Positions 29,283-37,633 of a stretch of 59,148 bases of DNA are shown piece after piece; within the stretch, counting starts at the first letter, position 1; the number at the start of each line of letters is the position of its first letter. The position numbers and the translations under genes were made by a program. The stretch is from assembly GCA_029240055.1 (NCBI GenBank), contig JARBTT010000002.1, positions 1 to 59,148 on the forward strand, given 5' to 3'. The notes beneath the pieces are model-generated. The model ran no database searches. It saw nothing but the letters and a program-made list of their open reading frames with translations, and had not been told where the DNA came from. This DNA is from Massilibacillus sp. Lineage in GTDB: Bacteria; Bacillota; Negativicutes; JARBTT01.

Positions 29283-29310
29283 CTAAATCAAAAGAGGTAC
29301 ATTGAGTACC
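29260..29310. promoter_or_regulatory. two operator palindromes GGTAC-N5-GTACC
   Basis: 29260-29274 fills the promoter spacer. 29296-29310 lies just downstream of the -10. Confidence 0.6.
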
Positions 29311-29329
29311 AAACAAAGGAGTTGTTATA

Positions 29330-30067
29330 TTGAATAGTTTAATAAATGTAAACGAAGCAGGTAAAACCACATCTAGAGAGTTATATGAGTTTTTAGGGCT
29401 TGATTCTAAAAATTATTCTAGATGGTGCAAAAGCAATATTACTGATAACCAATTTGCAATTGAAGAATCTGATTATTTTCCATTCCTCATAAATGAAGAA
29501 TGCGGTGGACAAGCATCAATTAACCATTACTTATCGATTGACTTTGCTAAAAAGCTCTGTATGGTTTCAAAATCAGAACGGGGTGAACAAGCTAGAAATT
29601 ACTTTATTGAGATTGAAAAGCAATTTTCCAATATCACAAACGGTGTTAAACAAATACGTTCTAAACAAATTATACCACGAATCAAGCCTGCGATAAAAGA
29701 TGCACTTGATACCGCTGAATATCTTACTAAGAAACTAGGTATCAAAATTGGAATTGCTCAATCAGTGTGTATCGCTATGGTGGAGAAAACTACTGGCTTA
29801 GAATTAGAACCAATCAAGAAGTTATTACCACCTGCCGAACACGATACTGGATTCCTAAACGCTACTGAGATTGGCAAACGTATTAATTTATCTGCAATTA
29901 AGGCAAATGCTTTACTAGTTGATAAAGGCTTGCAAGCTAAGATAGATAATACTTGGCGTTTAACCGATGAAGGGAAAAGCTATGGGGAAGAAATTCCTTA
30001 TACCCGTAATGGTCATAGTGGTTATCAAGTTCAATGGAATGAATCAGTATTAAGCGTTTTACAATAA
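29330..30067 (+). CDS. phage antirepressor (AntA/Rha-like N-domain, KilA-C/ORF6C-like C-domain)
   Basis: TSRELYEFLGL..NYSRWCK and ARNYFIEIEKQF motifs. TTG start after AAAGGAG. Divergent from the XRE gene. Confidence 0.6.
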   Translation: MNSLINVNEAGKTTSRELYEFLGLDSKNYSRWCKSNITDNQFAIEESDYFPFLINEECGGQASINHYLSIDFAKKLCMVSKSERGEQARNYFIEIEKQFSNITNGVKQIRSKQIIPRIKPAIKDALDTAEYLTKKLGIKIGIAQSVCIAMVEKTTGLELEPIKKLLPPAEHDTGFLNATEIGKRINLSAIKANALLVDKGLQAKIDNTWRLTDEGKSYGEEIPYTRNGHSGYQVQWNESVLSVLQ

Positions 30068-30097
30068 TTAATATAAATTTAAGGGAGAGATTTTATA

Positions 30098-30367
30098 ATG
30101 GCTAGAAATTTATTAGAATCAATAACAGAAAACTTGGTTGATTTTCAACCGGCGAAAGAAGATGCGACTATTGACGAAATCGTCTCGGATAGTGTACAAA
30201 CTACTTATGATTTATTTGAGAAGTTAAAAGAAACATCACACGACAAGAATATTGTGGCTGATCTTGATATAGCTGCTAATAAAATGGCTGCGTTTTTCGA
30301 ACAAAGAGGATTTAATGATGGTTTTGCCGCTGGTATAAAGTTAGTTTTGCAAGCTGCATTAAAATAA
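30098..30367 (+). CDS. hypothetical acidic helical protein
   Basis: 89-aa ORF with a GGGAGAG SD, second gene of the plus-strand cassette. Confidence 0.6.
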   Translation: MARNLLESITENLVDFQPAKEDATIDEIVSDSVQTTYDLFEKLKETSHDKNIVADLDIAANKMAAFFEQRGFNDGFAAGIKLVLQAALK

Positions 30368-30383
30368 AATATTTGTATTTTGG

Positions 30384-30411
30384 GAGGGCGATTAATTTCG
30401 CTCTCTTTTTT
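30384..30411 (+). terminator. rho-independent terminator of plus-strand cassette
   Basis: GAGGGCG-loop-CGCUCUC (one G.U pair) followed by a U6 run. Confidence 0.65.
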
Positions 30412-30574
30412 ATTTTATCGCCACATCTTCCGATTACCTGTGATTTTTCTTAAAGAACCTCTAGCTCTCAATTGTCCCGATCTAGCCCCTCTATGTGGCG
30501 CATCTTTAACACCTAACATGTTTAGTATTACCAGTAGGATTATAGCTAGTATTAATACCATGGTAATCAACTCC

Positions 30575-31159
30575 CTATAGATTCATATTCTTATACAGAA
30601 CGTTGTTTAATTCGTCAGCAGTGATGCCAATATATCGCTTTGTGTGAACTAGGTCTGAATGGTTTAATGCCTCCATGATAAAAGCTATGTCTACGCCATT
30701 CCTTAATGCCCAATATGCGAAGCTTTTTCTCATAGAGTGAGTACCAATGTTTTCAGTAATACCAACATAATTAGCAGCCTTTTTAAATATTGACCACGCA
30801 TACTCTCTTGTGATCGGCTTTCCCCTTGTTCTGCAGCTGGCACTAGGGAAAAGTGTACCTGTCTTTATTCCTGTGTTTTCTAAATATTGATTAATAGCCC
30901 TTATACAAGTATCCGACAATGCAAACTGTTTCGTCTTATGTGTTTTCTGCTCCCTGATTATTACTGAACCGTCTTTGACATCTTCAACCGTTAATTTAAG
31001 CAGGTCAGTTATCCGTAATCCGCTATTGATACCAAGTACAAATAAAAGATAATCTCGCTCATTATGCTTGAGTAGCCAATCTTTCATGTCGTTAAGTTTG
31101 TTGATATCTTTTATTGCATTTGCTGTAGCGACATTACCTTTTGGATTCATATTTACCAT
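30575..31159 (-). CDS. tyrosine recombinase, catalytic domain only (194 aa)
   Basis: The catalytic series is present: GLRITD (R), KTHKTK (K), HSMRKS (HxxR), LNHS (H), TKRYI (Y). There is no N-terminal arm- or core-binding domain. Confidence 0.8.
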   Translation of the reverse strand: MVNMNPKGNVATANAIKDINKLNDMKDWLLKHNERDYLLFVLGINSGLRITDLLKLTVEDVKDGSVIIREQKTHKTKQFALSDTCIRAINQYLENTGIKTGTLFPSASCRTRGKPITREYAWSIFKKAANYVGITENIGTHSMRKSFAYWALRNGVDIAFIMEALNHSDLVHTKRYIGITADELNNVLYKNMNL

Positions 31160-31230
31160 TCCTTTTTAGATTAACTTTTATACTGTAATGTTAACAGAAG
31201 AATCTAGTAAAATCAAGTAGTTTTAAAAAT

Positions 31231-31563
31231 TTATTTATTTTTATTTTCTTCTTCGTTAGCCATAGTAAACAGCATCATCATTCTTGCCATTGCATGTCCT
31301 AAATGATCGTCCTGTTTATCTCCAGTTTTCCATGCCATCAAATGAATTATTAGGTGATTCCAATGACTTTCAGCATCGATCTTTTTCCAATTATCTCTTT
31401 CGTATCTATCTGCTCCTATTTGCATTACTTCGGCAAGTTTTAAAAGTGCCATTGGGTCGCATAAGTGAAAAGCATATTCAGTCTTTGATTGCATACCACC
31501 GTTTTCATTAGTAATTATTTCGGCTTCTGGCGATACTCCCTTTATTTCTTCCACGTTATTCAA
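31231..31563 (-). CDS. DUF5664 / dATP-dGTP diphosphohydrolase N-domain-like protein
   Basis: ALLKLAEVMQIGADRYERDNWKK...HLIIHLMAW..DDHLGHAMARMMMLF matches the remembered pattern of this phage family. Confidence 0.45.
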   Translation of the reverse strand: MNNVEEIKGVSPEAEIITNENGGMQSKTEYAFHLCDPMALLKLAEVMQIGADRYERDNWKKIDAESHWNHLIIHLMAWKTGDKQDDHLGHAMARMMMLFTMANEEENKNK

Positions 31564-31927
31564 CCTCCAATAAATTTTTAATTAGATTCCAATCAATTCC
31601 GCCGGGGTTTTTATCATCAATGTACATATCAGCACATATTTTACGTCCGTCTGGTTCTACGTCTGGAAATGAATTTCTATATTCTTCAATTTGCCAAGGT
31701 AAATATCTGTTTACCGAATCAAAAGGTATATTATTTTCACGCAAAAAAATAACCGCATCTTGAAGGTGAATTCCAGTACGGCATGTCCAAATCACTATTT
31801 GACCACCTTTAGCGTGGTATTTTGTTAATATTTCTTTTGATTCTTGTATCAATCCATCAACTATAGGGTAATTGGTCACTTTTGCTATAGTGTTGTCGAA
31901 ATCTACACAAATTACTTTATGCTTCAT
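31556..31927 (-). CDS. HAD-superfamily phosphatase-like protein
   Basis: N-terminal VICVDFDNTI (DxDxT nucleophile motif). 123 aa. Confidence 0.5.
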   Translation of the reverse strand: MKHKVICVDFDNTIAKVTNYPIVDGLIQESKEILTKYHAKGGQIVIWTCRTGIHLQDAVIFLRENNIPFDSVNRYLPWQIEEYRNSFPDVEPDGRKICADMYIDDKNPGGIDWNLIKNLLEVE

Positions 31928-31938
31928 GCTACACCGCC

Positions 31939-33024
31939 TTAATAATCGTTCTCTATAAATTTGTAATATGGAATAAATTCGCCCTTACAGCGTTTAATAG
32001 TTCCTTCTGAATCAACTTCAACCTCTAAAATCCACCCGCCCACGTTAGCGGCCAACCTTTTCCCTTGCATCCATTTAGTCTGTTTTTGGAATGTACCTGC
32101 TTCAAATGCTGCAATATTACGATAAACAGGTAGCATAAACGATTTATGATGATGTCCGATTATTAAAATTGAACTTTTACTGCCACCACTTAAAGAATCT
32201 ATGTATTTCTGTGTTGAATATGAAATTGCGTATGACGCTCCATCGAGAGGATGCACTAAATCCATTGAACAATTAGGCGTAAGCATTACACGTGCTGATT
32301 GTTTACCTAGATAAATCAGATCTTCTCTTTCATTGTTTATCATCCGCCCAATATCTACCCCTGCGGATTTAATTCCACTATGGTCATGGTTCCCAGTAAT
32401 ATAATATGTTTTTATTTCTGCTCTTTCAGGATAATTTTCTATAATGTATCTAGCCTGTTGATCTACCCCCTGTTTAAAAACCTCGTATTGGTGTCCTTGT
32501 CGCATGTTAACACCTTCGCTAATATCTCCAGCATGGTAGCATTCGCTAATACCTTCTTTTACAAGCAAGTCATAGAATGAGTTTAAATGCGTTAACTGTT
32601 GATCGTTTGAGCATAAATGCGTATCTGACACGACGCCAAACTTTATAATTTTATTTCCGTTCCAATCAGCAGAATATTCATTGTCTTTTGGCACAATATA
32701 TTTAGATAATTGATATGTACCGTCAATTTCTTCTATGTTGTATCCTGCATCTTTGTAATCTTCAATCTGAGCCAATATAATGCGTTTGCTCAATCCGCTT
32801 TTATTGACCAACTCGTCTATTGCATGGGGCTTGTCCAGTAATTTAAGCAAATCACTTGATTCTATGACAGGTTTAGTTGCTTTCATTTTTTCATTTCTGA
32901 TAAATCCCCTTATTGCGGATGGTTTAACAATCTCGCCTGTTTCTTTTTCTATTTCAGATGAAATTTTCTCCCATTTGTTGCCGATAACTTCATGTTTTGA
33001 TAGTACTAGTTGTTTCCAGTCCAT
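31939..33024 (-). CDS. metallophosphoesterase with N-terminal wHTH-like domain
   Basis: Calcineurin-like motifs VVSDTH, AGDISEG, ITGNHDH and GHHH. About 115 aa of N-terminal extension. Confidence 0.75.
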   Translation of the reverse strand: MDWKQLVLSKHEVIGNKWEKISSEIEKETGEIVKPSAIRGFIRNEKMKATKPVIESSDLLKLLDKPHAIDELVNKSGLSKRIILAQIEDYKDAGYNIEEIDGTYQLSKYIVPKDNEYSADWNGNKIIKFGVVSDTHLCSNDQQLTHLNSFYDLLVKEGISECYHAGDISEGVNMRQGHQYEVFKQGVDQQARYIIENYPERAEIKTYYITGNHDHSGIKSAGVDIGRMINNEREDLIYLGKQSARVMLTPNCSMDLVHPLDGASYAISYSTQKYIDSLSGGSKSSILIIGHHHKSFMLPVYRNIAAFEAGTFQKQTKWMQGKRLAANVGGWILEVEVDSEGTIKRCKGEFIPYYKFIENDY

Positions 33025-33028
33025 GTTG

Positions 33029-33190
33029 TCACTCCTTTTTATCCAAAATAAGTTGTAAAAGTAAAATTATTATAGCTGATTCTCCGAACGTAGGCGGTTG
33101 GTTGTTAAATATATACGCCCAAACGTCAATTGCGTATAACACAACAAGAATTGCTACTATTTTAACAACCCAATTAATAAGATTTTTCAT
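33029..33190 (-). CDS. small membrane protein (53 aa)
   Basis: Hand translation MKNLINWVVKIVAILVVLYAIDVWAYIF.... GGAGAGGA SD. Below the track cutoff. Confidence 0.45.
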   Translation of the reverse strand: MKNLINWVVKIVAILVVLYAIDVWAYIFNNQPPTFGESAIIILLLQLILDKKE

Positions 33191-33193
33191 AGT

Positions 33194-33736
33194 TCATCCT
33201 CTCCCTAACAAGTAGTTGCGAATTCCATAATATAAAGTTGACCAAATAAAAAAGCCAGACAATTCATTGTCCGACAAAAAGTTAATATGTATATCGTATT
33301 GTGATTCCATACTTTTTAATGTGCCAATAAAAGATTTTTCATTGTACTGGCTACGGTAATTATGTGTCAGAATGTCTCCGTATCCGTTTGGCGTGTTTTC
33401 GATCATTAAGAATAGTTTTGTATTTCCTTTGCGGATTAGCTCGTTAACAAAGCGTTCACGGTCATTCGATAGGTTGTTTGATAGCTCTGTTAGAGAATTT
33501 TTCCTTTCAATTACGACAGTATCGGTAAAATACATATCTCTCATTATTCCCAACTCTGGATTAGCTCCAATATAGCAACAGTAGTCACCGTAATCTAATT
33601 TTTTTGTTATGTATGGTATTTTCTTCTTGGTAAAGTAGTCAATTACGTGATTATTGGCTTGCTCACGTGTATCTACGATGATAGTAAGAGATTTTAGTAG
33701 TGTTTTTAGCTCGGTTTCGGTGTATGAATAGATCAT
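33194..33736 (-). CDS. ERCC4 (XPF/Mus81-type) nuclease domain protein
   Basis: VDTREQ, DYGDY and VIERKN (ERK) motifs in canonical order. Confidence 0.7.
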   Translation of the reverse strand: MIYSYTETELKTLLKSLTIIVDTREQANNHVIDYFTKKKIPYITKKLDYGDYCCYIGANPELGIMRDMYFTDTVVIERKNSLTELSNNLSNDRERFVNELIRKGNTKLFLMIENTPNGYGDILTHNYRSQYNEKSFIGTLKSMESQYDIHINFLSDNELSGFFIWSTLYYGIRNYLLGRG

Positions 33737-34005
33737 TATTCGTCTATAGCTCCCTTACCTCCTGAGTTTTTATTCTCTAATGCCGTTTTTATCCACGAAT
33801 CAGTTATTTTATTTGCGGTATTTAGTATGCGTTCAATTTTTTCTTTACCAAGTATTATCGCTGAATAACCTGCTGTGCTTGCTTGATAGTGTATTTCTAC
33901 TTCTAAACCTGCATTTTTAATTTCGTCTATATCTTTAGCAATAGCTTCGCAAAAATCTTTTTCCTTGCCAAGTGGTGAAGCTGCGAACATTGTCTTTTTA
34001 ATCAT
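33736..34005 (-). CDS. hypothetical protein
   Basis: 89-aa ORF whose start overlaps the upstream stop. Confidence 0.55.
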   Translation of the reverse strand: MIKKTMFAASPLGKEKDFCEAIAKDIDEIKNAGLEVEIHYQASTAGYSAIILGKEKIERILNTANKITDSWIKTALENKNSGGKGAIDE

Positions 34006-34283
34006 GATTGATAACTCCCTTTCCTCAGTGCTTTTACCGATTCCATAAACTCGTACATATGTCTAAGCATACGGCTATGCTCAATTTGTAGCCATAAGAA
34101 AAAATCGTTGTTAACTTTTACATTCTTAAACGTTCCACGAACTTTTTTAGTGAGTATCGGACGTTTGCCATTATCAGAACCAATAACATTATCACTAATT
34201 TTTATATCGTTAGCAATTCCGATTTTTGTTTGTTTTCCATCGGCATCTACTGTACAAAAACAGCCGTTGTCAAAATTAATCAT
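34002..34283 (-). CDS. hypothetical protein
   Basis: 93-aa ORF, translationally coupled. Confidence 0.55.
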   Translation of the reverse strand: MINFDNGCFCTVDADGKQTKIGIANDIKISDNVIGSDNGKRPILTKKVRGTFKNVKVNNDFFLWLQIEHSRMLRHMYEFMESVKALRKGSYQS

Positions 34284-34294
34284 AGTATCACTCC

Positions 34295-34549
34295 TTAATT
34301 TTTAAATGTAATAACGCAACCAGATATTGTGCATAACTCTTTATAAGTTCCGTCCTGTTGTTCTGTATACATTGTGCCATTATCGAAATGCTTTTCGTTT
34401 AACGGAACCATATTAGGGGTTACTTCTTGGATTTGAAAATAATTATAGTCATAATCATACATGACTACCTTGACAGCATCTTCTCTTGATTTTGCACTTA
34501 AAATAAAATACCCAGTTTCCAGTGGTGGATAAATTGCAAATTTAGGCAT
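34295..34549 (-). CDS. hypothetical protein
   Basis: 84-aa ORF. Confidence 0.55.
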   Translation of the reverse strand: MPKFAIYPPLETGYFILSAKSREDAVKVVMYDYDYNYFQIQEVTPNMVPLNEKHFDNGTMYTEQQDGTYKELCTISGCVITFKN

Positions 34550-34553
34550 GGTA

Positions 34554-34700
34554 TCATTCCTTATCTTTAATTTTTAAATTTATCCGTAACAATGTAGCTA
34601 AAATCATAACAAGCAAACAAACAATCGCACGGTCTGTATTGACGTTAAAAGCACAAAACGCAACAATAACAGAACATATCGCATTTATTAAATCAAACAT
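34554..34700 (-). CDS. small membrane protein (48 aa)
   Basis: Hand translation MFDLINAICSVIVAFCAFNVNTDRAIVCLLVMILATLLRINLKIKDKE. Confidence 0.4.
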   Translation of the reverse strand: MFDLINAICSVIVAFCAFNVNTDRAIVCLLVMILATLLRINLKIKDKE

Positions 34701-34705
34701 AAATA

Positions 34706-35206
34706 TCACTCCTTGCTCATTTTCCCTTTTTTAATCAGTTTGCTGGAAATAAAATAACCTTCCGGCGTATGTGTCAGAAGGTCGTTGTTTTTCAGTATTT
34801 TCATTGTCTTTTCAAACTTATATTTGCTACCACTATATGTTTTTTGTAAATCAACATATTTAAGCGGCTTTTTACTGCGCTTATTGATTAACTTTCCTGT
34901 ATTCCATTCTATATTTTCAGCTAACAGTACAAGAAAACCAATAACTTCTTCGATATTTTCAATACTAGTTTTCTTTAGTTTAATTACTTCTTGTACCATA
35001 AGCATTATGTAAGGCTTTTTACCTCCTGTACTTTTAGGTTTAACGTTATTATCATTGGAGTTTTTCCAGACTTGATATAGTTCTTTTTCTCCGACAGAGA
35101 AGTGAATTAACTCAGTTCCTTTATTTGTTGGTTCTCTTGATATAATCACCTCTGTTTTAATAACATTTATCTCTTTATTTAAAAAAGCTAATAAATTTTT
35201 ATCCAT
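34706..35206 (-). CDS. hypothetical protein, possible winged-helix DNA-binding
   Basis: The ATG at 35206 (MDKNLLAFL) is preferred over the track TTG start. K-rich. Confidence 0.5.
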   Translation of the reverse strand: MDKNLLAFLNKEINVIKTEVIISREPTNKGTELIHFSVGEKELYQVWKNSNDNNVKPKSTGGKKPYIMLMVQEVIKLKKTSIENIEEVIGFLVLLAENIEWNTGKLINKRSKKPLKYVDLQKTYSGSKYKFEKTMKILKNNDLLTHTPEGYFISSKLIKKGKMSKE

Positions 35207-35221
35207 TTTCGACCTCAATAG

Positions 35222-35240
35222 TCTCCCTGATTATCAGGGA
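35222..35240. promoter_or_regulatory. perfect palindrome CTCCCTGAT-T-ATCAGGGAG
   Basis: 9-1-9 inverted repeat about 15 nt upstream of the 35206 start. A second hairpin, AAACCATA..TATGGTTT, lies at 35257-35277. Confidence 0.4.
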
Positions 35241-35339
35241 GTGTAAAAACATCAATCAAACCATATACCGTATGGTTTCGTAAGTATTTTCCCTTGTAAA
35301 CGCTTTCTTAATACCTAAGTTCTATCTTTCGCTATCGCT

Positions 35340-35504
35340 CTAATTAATGTTTTCCCATCTCTTATTGAAGCAGTCTTTGCATTCACCAGTACTGAAATAG
35401 CAGCAATCACAAATTATTCTACCGCAAACCTCACACTTAAACATGTTTTCTTCCATATCTTCATCTTGGCATATTTCGCATTTAATCCATTTTTCACTAG
35501 ACAA
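35340..35504 (-). CDS. Cys-rich mini-protein (54 aa)
   Basis: TTG start after AAGGGGTG. (M)SSEKWIKCEICQDEDMEENMFKCEVCGRIICDCCYFSTGECKDCFNKRWENIN. Confidence 0.4.
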   Translation of the reverse strand: MSSEKWIKCEICQDEDMEENMFKCEVCGRIICDCCYFSTGECKDCFNKRWENIN

Positions 35505-35516
35505 ATAAATCACCCC

Positions 35517-35843
35517 TTATCCAATAACATGATTGTGAGGGCATGTCTTGTAAACACGTACAGGATAAACATTACCACCCACATAGCATTCTTTTATACT
35601 TTGCGGTAAAATCTCACCGAATTTAAACATGCAATGTTGGCAGTAACCATTTTTAAATTTATGCTTAAAATATTCGTAGTTAAACTTTAATGTTTTTGAC
35701 AACTGCTTGTCTCCTTTATGCTTAAATAGGTCAAAGTATAATATATCTTTTTCTAAAGTTACTATCACATACGTAAATAGGCTATCCTTATCTTCATATT
35801 TAAATGAATAATAATTGATTTTGTTATCTGACATATTAATCAT
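35517..35843 (-). CDS. hypothetical Cys/His-containing protein
   Basis: 108-aa ORF with C..HC..C and C..H residues near the C-terminus. Confidence 0.55.
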   Translation of the reverse strand: MINMSDNKINYYSFKYEDKDSLFTYVIVTLEKDILYFDLFKHKGDKQLSKTLKFNYEYFKHKFKNGYCQHCMFKFGEILPQSIKECYVGGNVYPVRVYKTCPHNHVIG

Positions 35844-35945
35844 TCCTTTATTTGTAAATTCGCTTCATGCGTAGTAATTTTTAAAAATAAAATTTTGAAT
35901 GTTGTTTTTGAGAAAAGTTTGTGGAATTTAAGTAAATGACGGTGG

Positions 35946-36098
35946 TTATTCATCATGATTAAAATCGTAATAATTCCTAGTACCATCAAAATGACCATCT
36001 TTATATCCTTTTGCCTTGCCAAAATAGTAGCTTATTTTTAAAGAAAAATACCAAACAACAGCAATGATAATATATATTAATGATAATGAATCAAACAT
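35946..36098 (-). CDS. small membrane protein (50 aa)
   Basis: MFDSLSLIYIIIAVVWYFSLKISYYFGKAKGYKDGHFDGTRNYYDFNHDE with an AAAGGAAG SD. Preferred over the overlapping track ORF 35840..36022. Confidence 0.4.
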   Translation of the reverse strand: MFDSLSLIYIIIAVVWYFSLKISYYFGKAKGYKDGHFDGTRNYYDFNHDE

Positions 36099-36485
36099 TT
36101 ATTAACTTCCTTTTGTTCTAAAATTTCTTCACACGTGTATATTTTTTGAAAATTTTATTTATATATAGAAAACTTGGTTTAGTATGTCTGTGACAAGCGG
36201 CGACAAAAACGAAAGAATTACTATAAAAGTTTATCAGATTGAAAAAGTTTTGTGCGTGAGTAGTTTTTGTAGTTACTCAGATCGTAAAGAAGCACGCAAC
36301 GCATTGCAATCTCTCACAATTTATGACGGGGCGTATATGTAAGCATATGGCAATAATATCACTACATCTATGCTTTAGATTAACTATTACATAAAAGTTA
36401 ACTAGATAAATACAGTAATATCAACGGTTGTTGGCATGTACTACTAACAATGCAGCAATAGTCCATTACTAGTGTACAAAACTAA

Positions 36486-37412
36486 CTAATCAATCTCCGT
36501 ATAGCTGGCATCAATTTCCATTTCTTCTTGTAGCTGCTTTATGCGGTTACGTCTATCTTCATCTGACATTAGTTCAACCTTGTTCGTGATGTTAATCTCT
36601 TTCTTATCAACTAACATTCCACTTGCTTTCATGTATAGTTCAATGGCTTTGGTCTTATCGTGGAACTTTACTTCGCGCTCAGTTATCTCTCCACCGCCCT
36701 TACATGGCGTTACTTTTACTTTAATTGATTGGATTGCCGCGAGGTCATCATCACTCGCACTCTCTAATATACTTCCATCTTTTCCCACTATACGAGCAGG
36801 ATTAGCTAATGCAATTCTACCTAGTTCTCTTAGTGTTGTATCAGCATTTATACCGCTTCTCTTGCGTCTCTCTGCCAGTGCAACTTGTATGTGAGCGTTA
36901 ACATCTGGTCTATCATATAACCTACTGCCAAGACTTGCTGCGCTCTGTACACTATAGCCTGCTCTAATAGCTGCATCCTGCTTGTTTAAGTCTATTAAGA
37001 ACTCTTCAACAAACCGTGCTTCTCTATCACTTATCTCTGGTAGATTATCACGGCTATAACTCTCATATACCAATGCTGGATTAGTATCATTGATCTGCTT
37101 AGTAACGATAGGTACATACATCTCTTTAGTCCTTGATATATCTAGCCTAACGCCATGCTCTTGCGTAACATCCGCATTGCCTTGCATTATATCGCCAGTG
37201 TTTTGCATTGTCGCATTGTCTGTTTGCTCGTTTTGCATTGCATCCCATTTAGACCAATATCTAGTCCTCCAACTATTCACACTTGCCGGACTAACTTTGT
37301 ACTTTTTAGCTAACTGCTCGTATGTATAGTTACCTATCTGGTAGTCAATGTATGCTTTGTAATATTGTTTAGATTTGGTTTTATTGTCTATATCTAGTGC
37401 CAAATAAATCAC
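36486..37412 (-). CDS. terS: terminase small subunit (Terminase_2 type) with N-terminal HTH
   Basis: EARFVEEFLIDLNKQDAAIRAGYSVQSAASLGSRLYDRPDV is the classic Terminase_2 core. Exact start is uncertain (GTG at 37412 or TTG at 37403). Confidence 0.8.
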   Translation of the reverse strand: MIYLALDIDNKTKSKQYYKAYIDYQIGNYTYEQLAKKYKVSPASVNSWRTRYWSKWDAMQNEQTDNATMQNTGDIMQGNADVTQEHGVRLDISRTKEMYVPIVTKQINDTNPALVYESYSRDNLPEISDREARFVEEFLIDLNKQDAAIRAGYSVQSAASLGSRLYDRPDVNAHIQVALAERRKRSGINADTTLRELGRIALANPARIVGKDGSILESASDDDLAAIQSIKVKVTPCKGGGEITEREVKFHDKTKAIELYMKASGMLVDKKEINITNKVELMSDEDRRNRIKQLQEEMEIDASYTEID

Positions 37413-37629
37413 CTCGTATCATTAAGTTCTCTGTTATTCGCTTATTCATGTCTTTAATAAAATCATCGTACTGATTGTTTGTGTTAGGCTTTATTTTTTC
37501 AAGCTTATTTATTGGATTATTATCTATACTTAGAAAGCCAATAGCTTGTTTTATCCCACATATTTCACACTGATAACAATCAATTGCTATTCTTTTTAAG
37601 ACTCCTCCACACTTACATTTCAATGCCAT
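37381..37629 (-). CDS. zinc-ribbon protein
   Basis: MALKCKCGG..CYQCEICG, two CxC/CxxC pairs. Confidence 0.55.
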   Translation of the reverse strand: MALKCKCGGVLKRIAIDCYQCEICGIKQAIGFLSIDNNPINKLEKIKPNTNNQYDDFIKDMNKRITENLMIRGDLFGTRYRQ

Positions 37630-37633
37630 GTTG

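Noticed and set aside
30380-30580. 66-aa plus-strand ORF downstream of the plus-strand terminator
   Set aside because: It starts inside the terminator hairpin, has no SD and lies in the convergent non-coding gap next to the recombinase.
35840-36022. Track ORF of 60 aa (MARQKDIKMV..)
   Set aside because: It overlaps a better candidate in another frame (35946..36098) that has a strong SD and a clean TM helix. Its own C-terminal half is low-complexity.
36184-36345. 53-aa plus-strand ORF in the post-terS gap
   Set aside because: It has no SD and lies on the opposite strand to all neighbours. It overlaps the hairpin-rich segment. It is kept only as a remote possibility.
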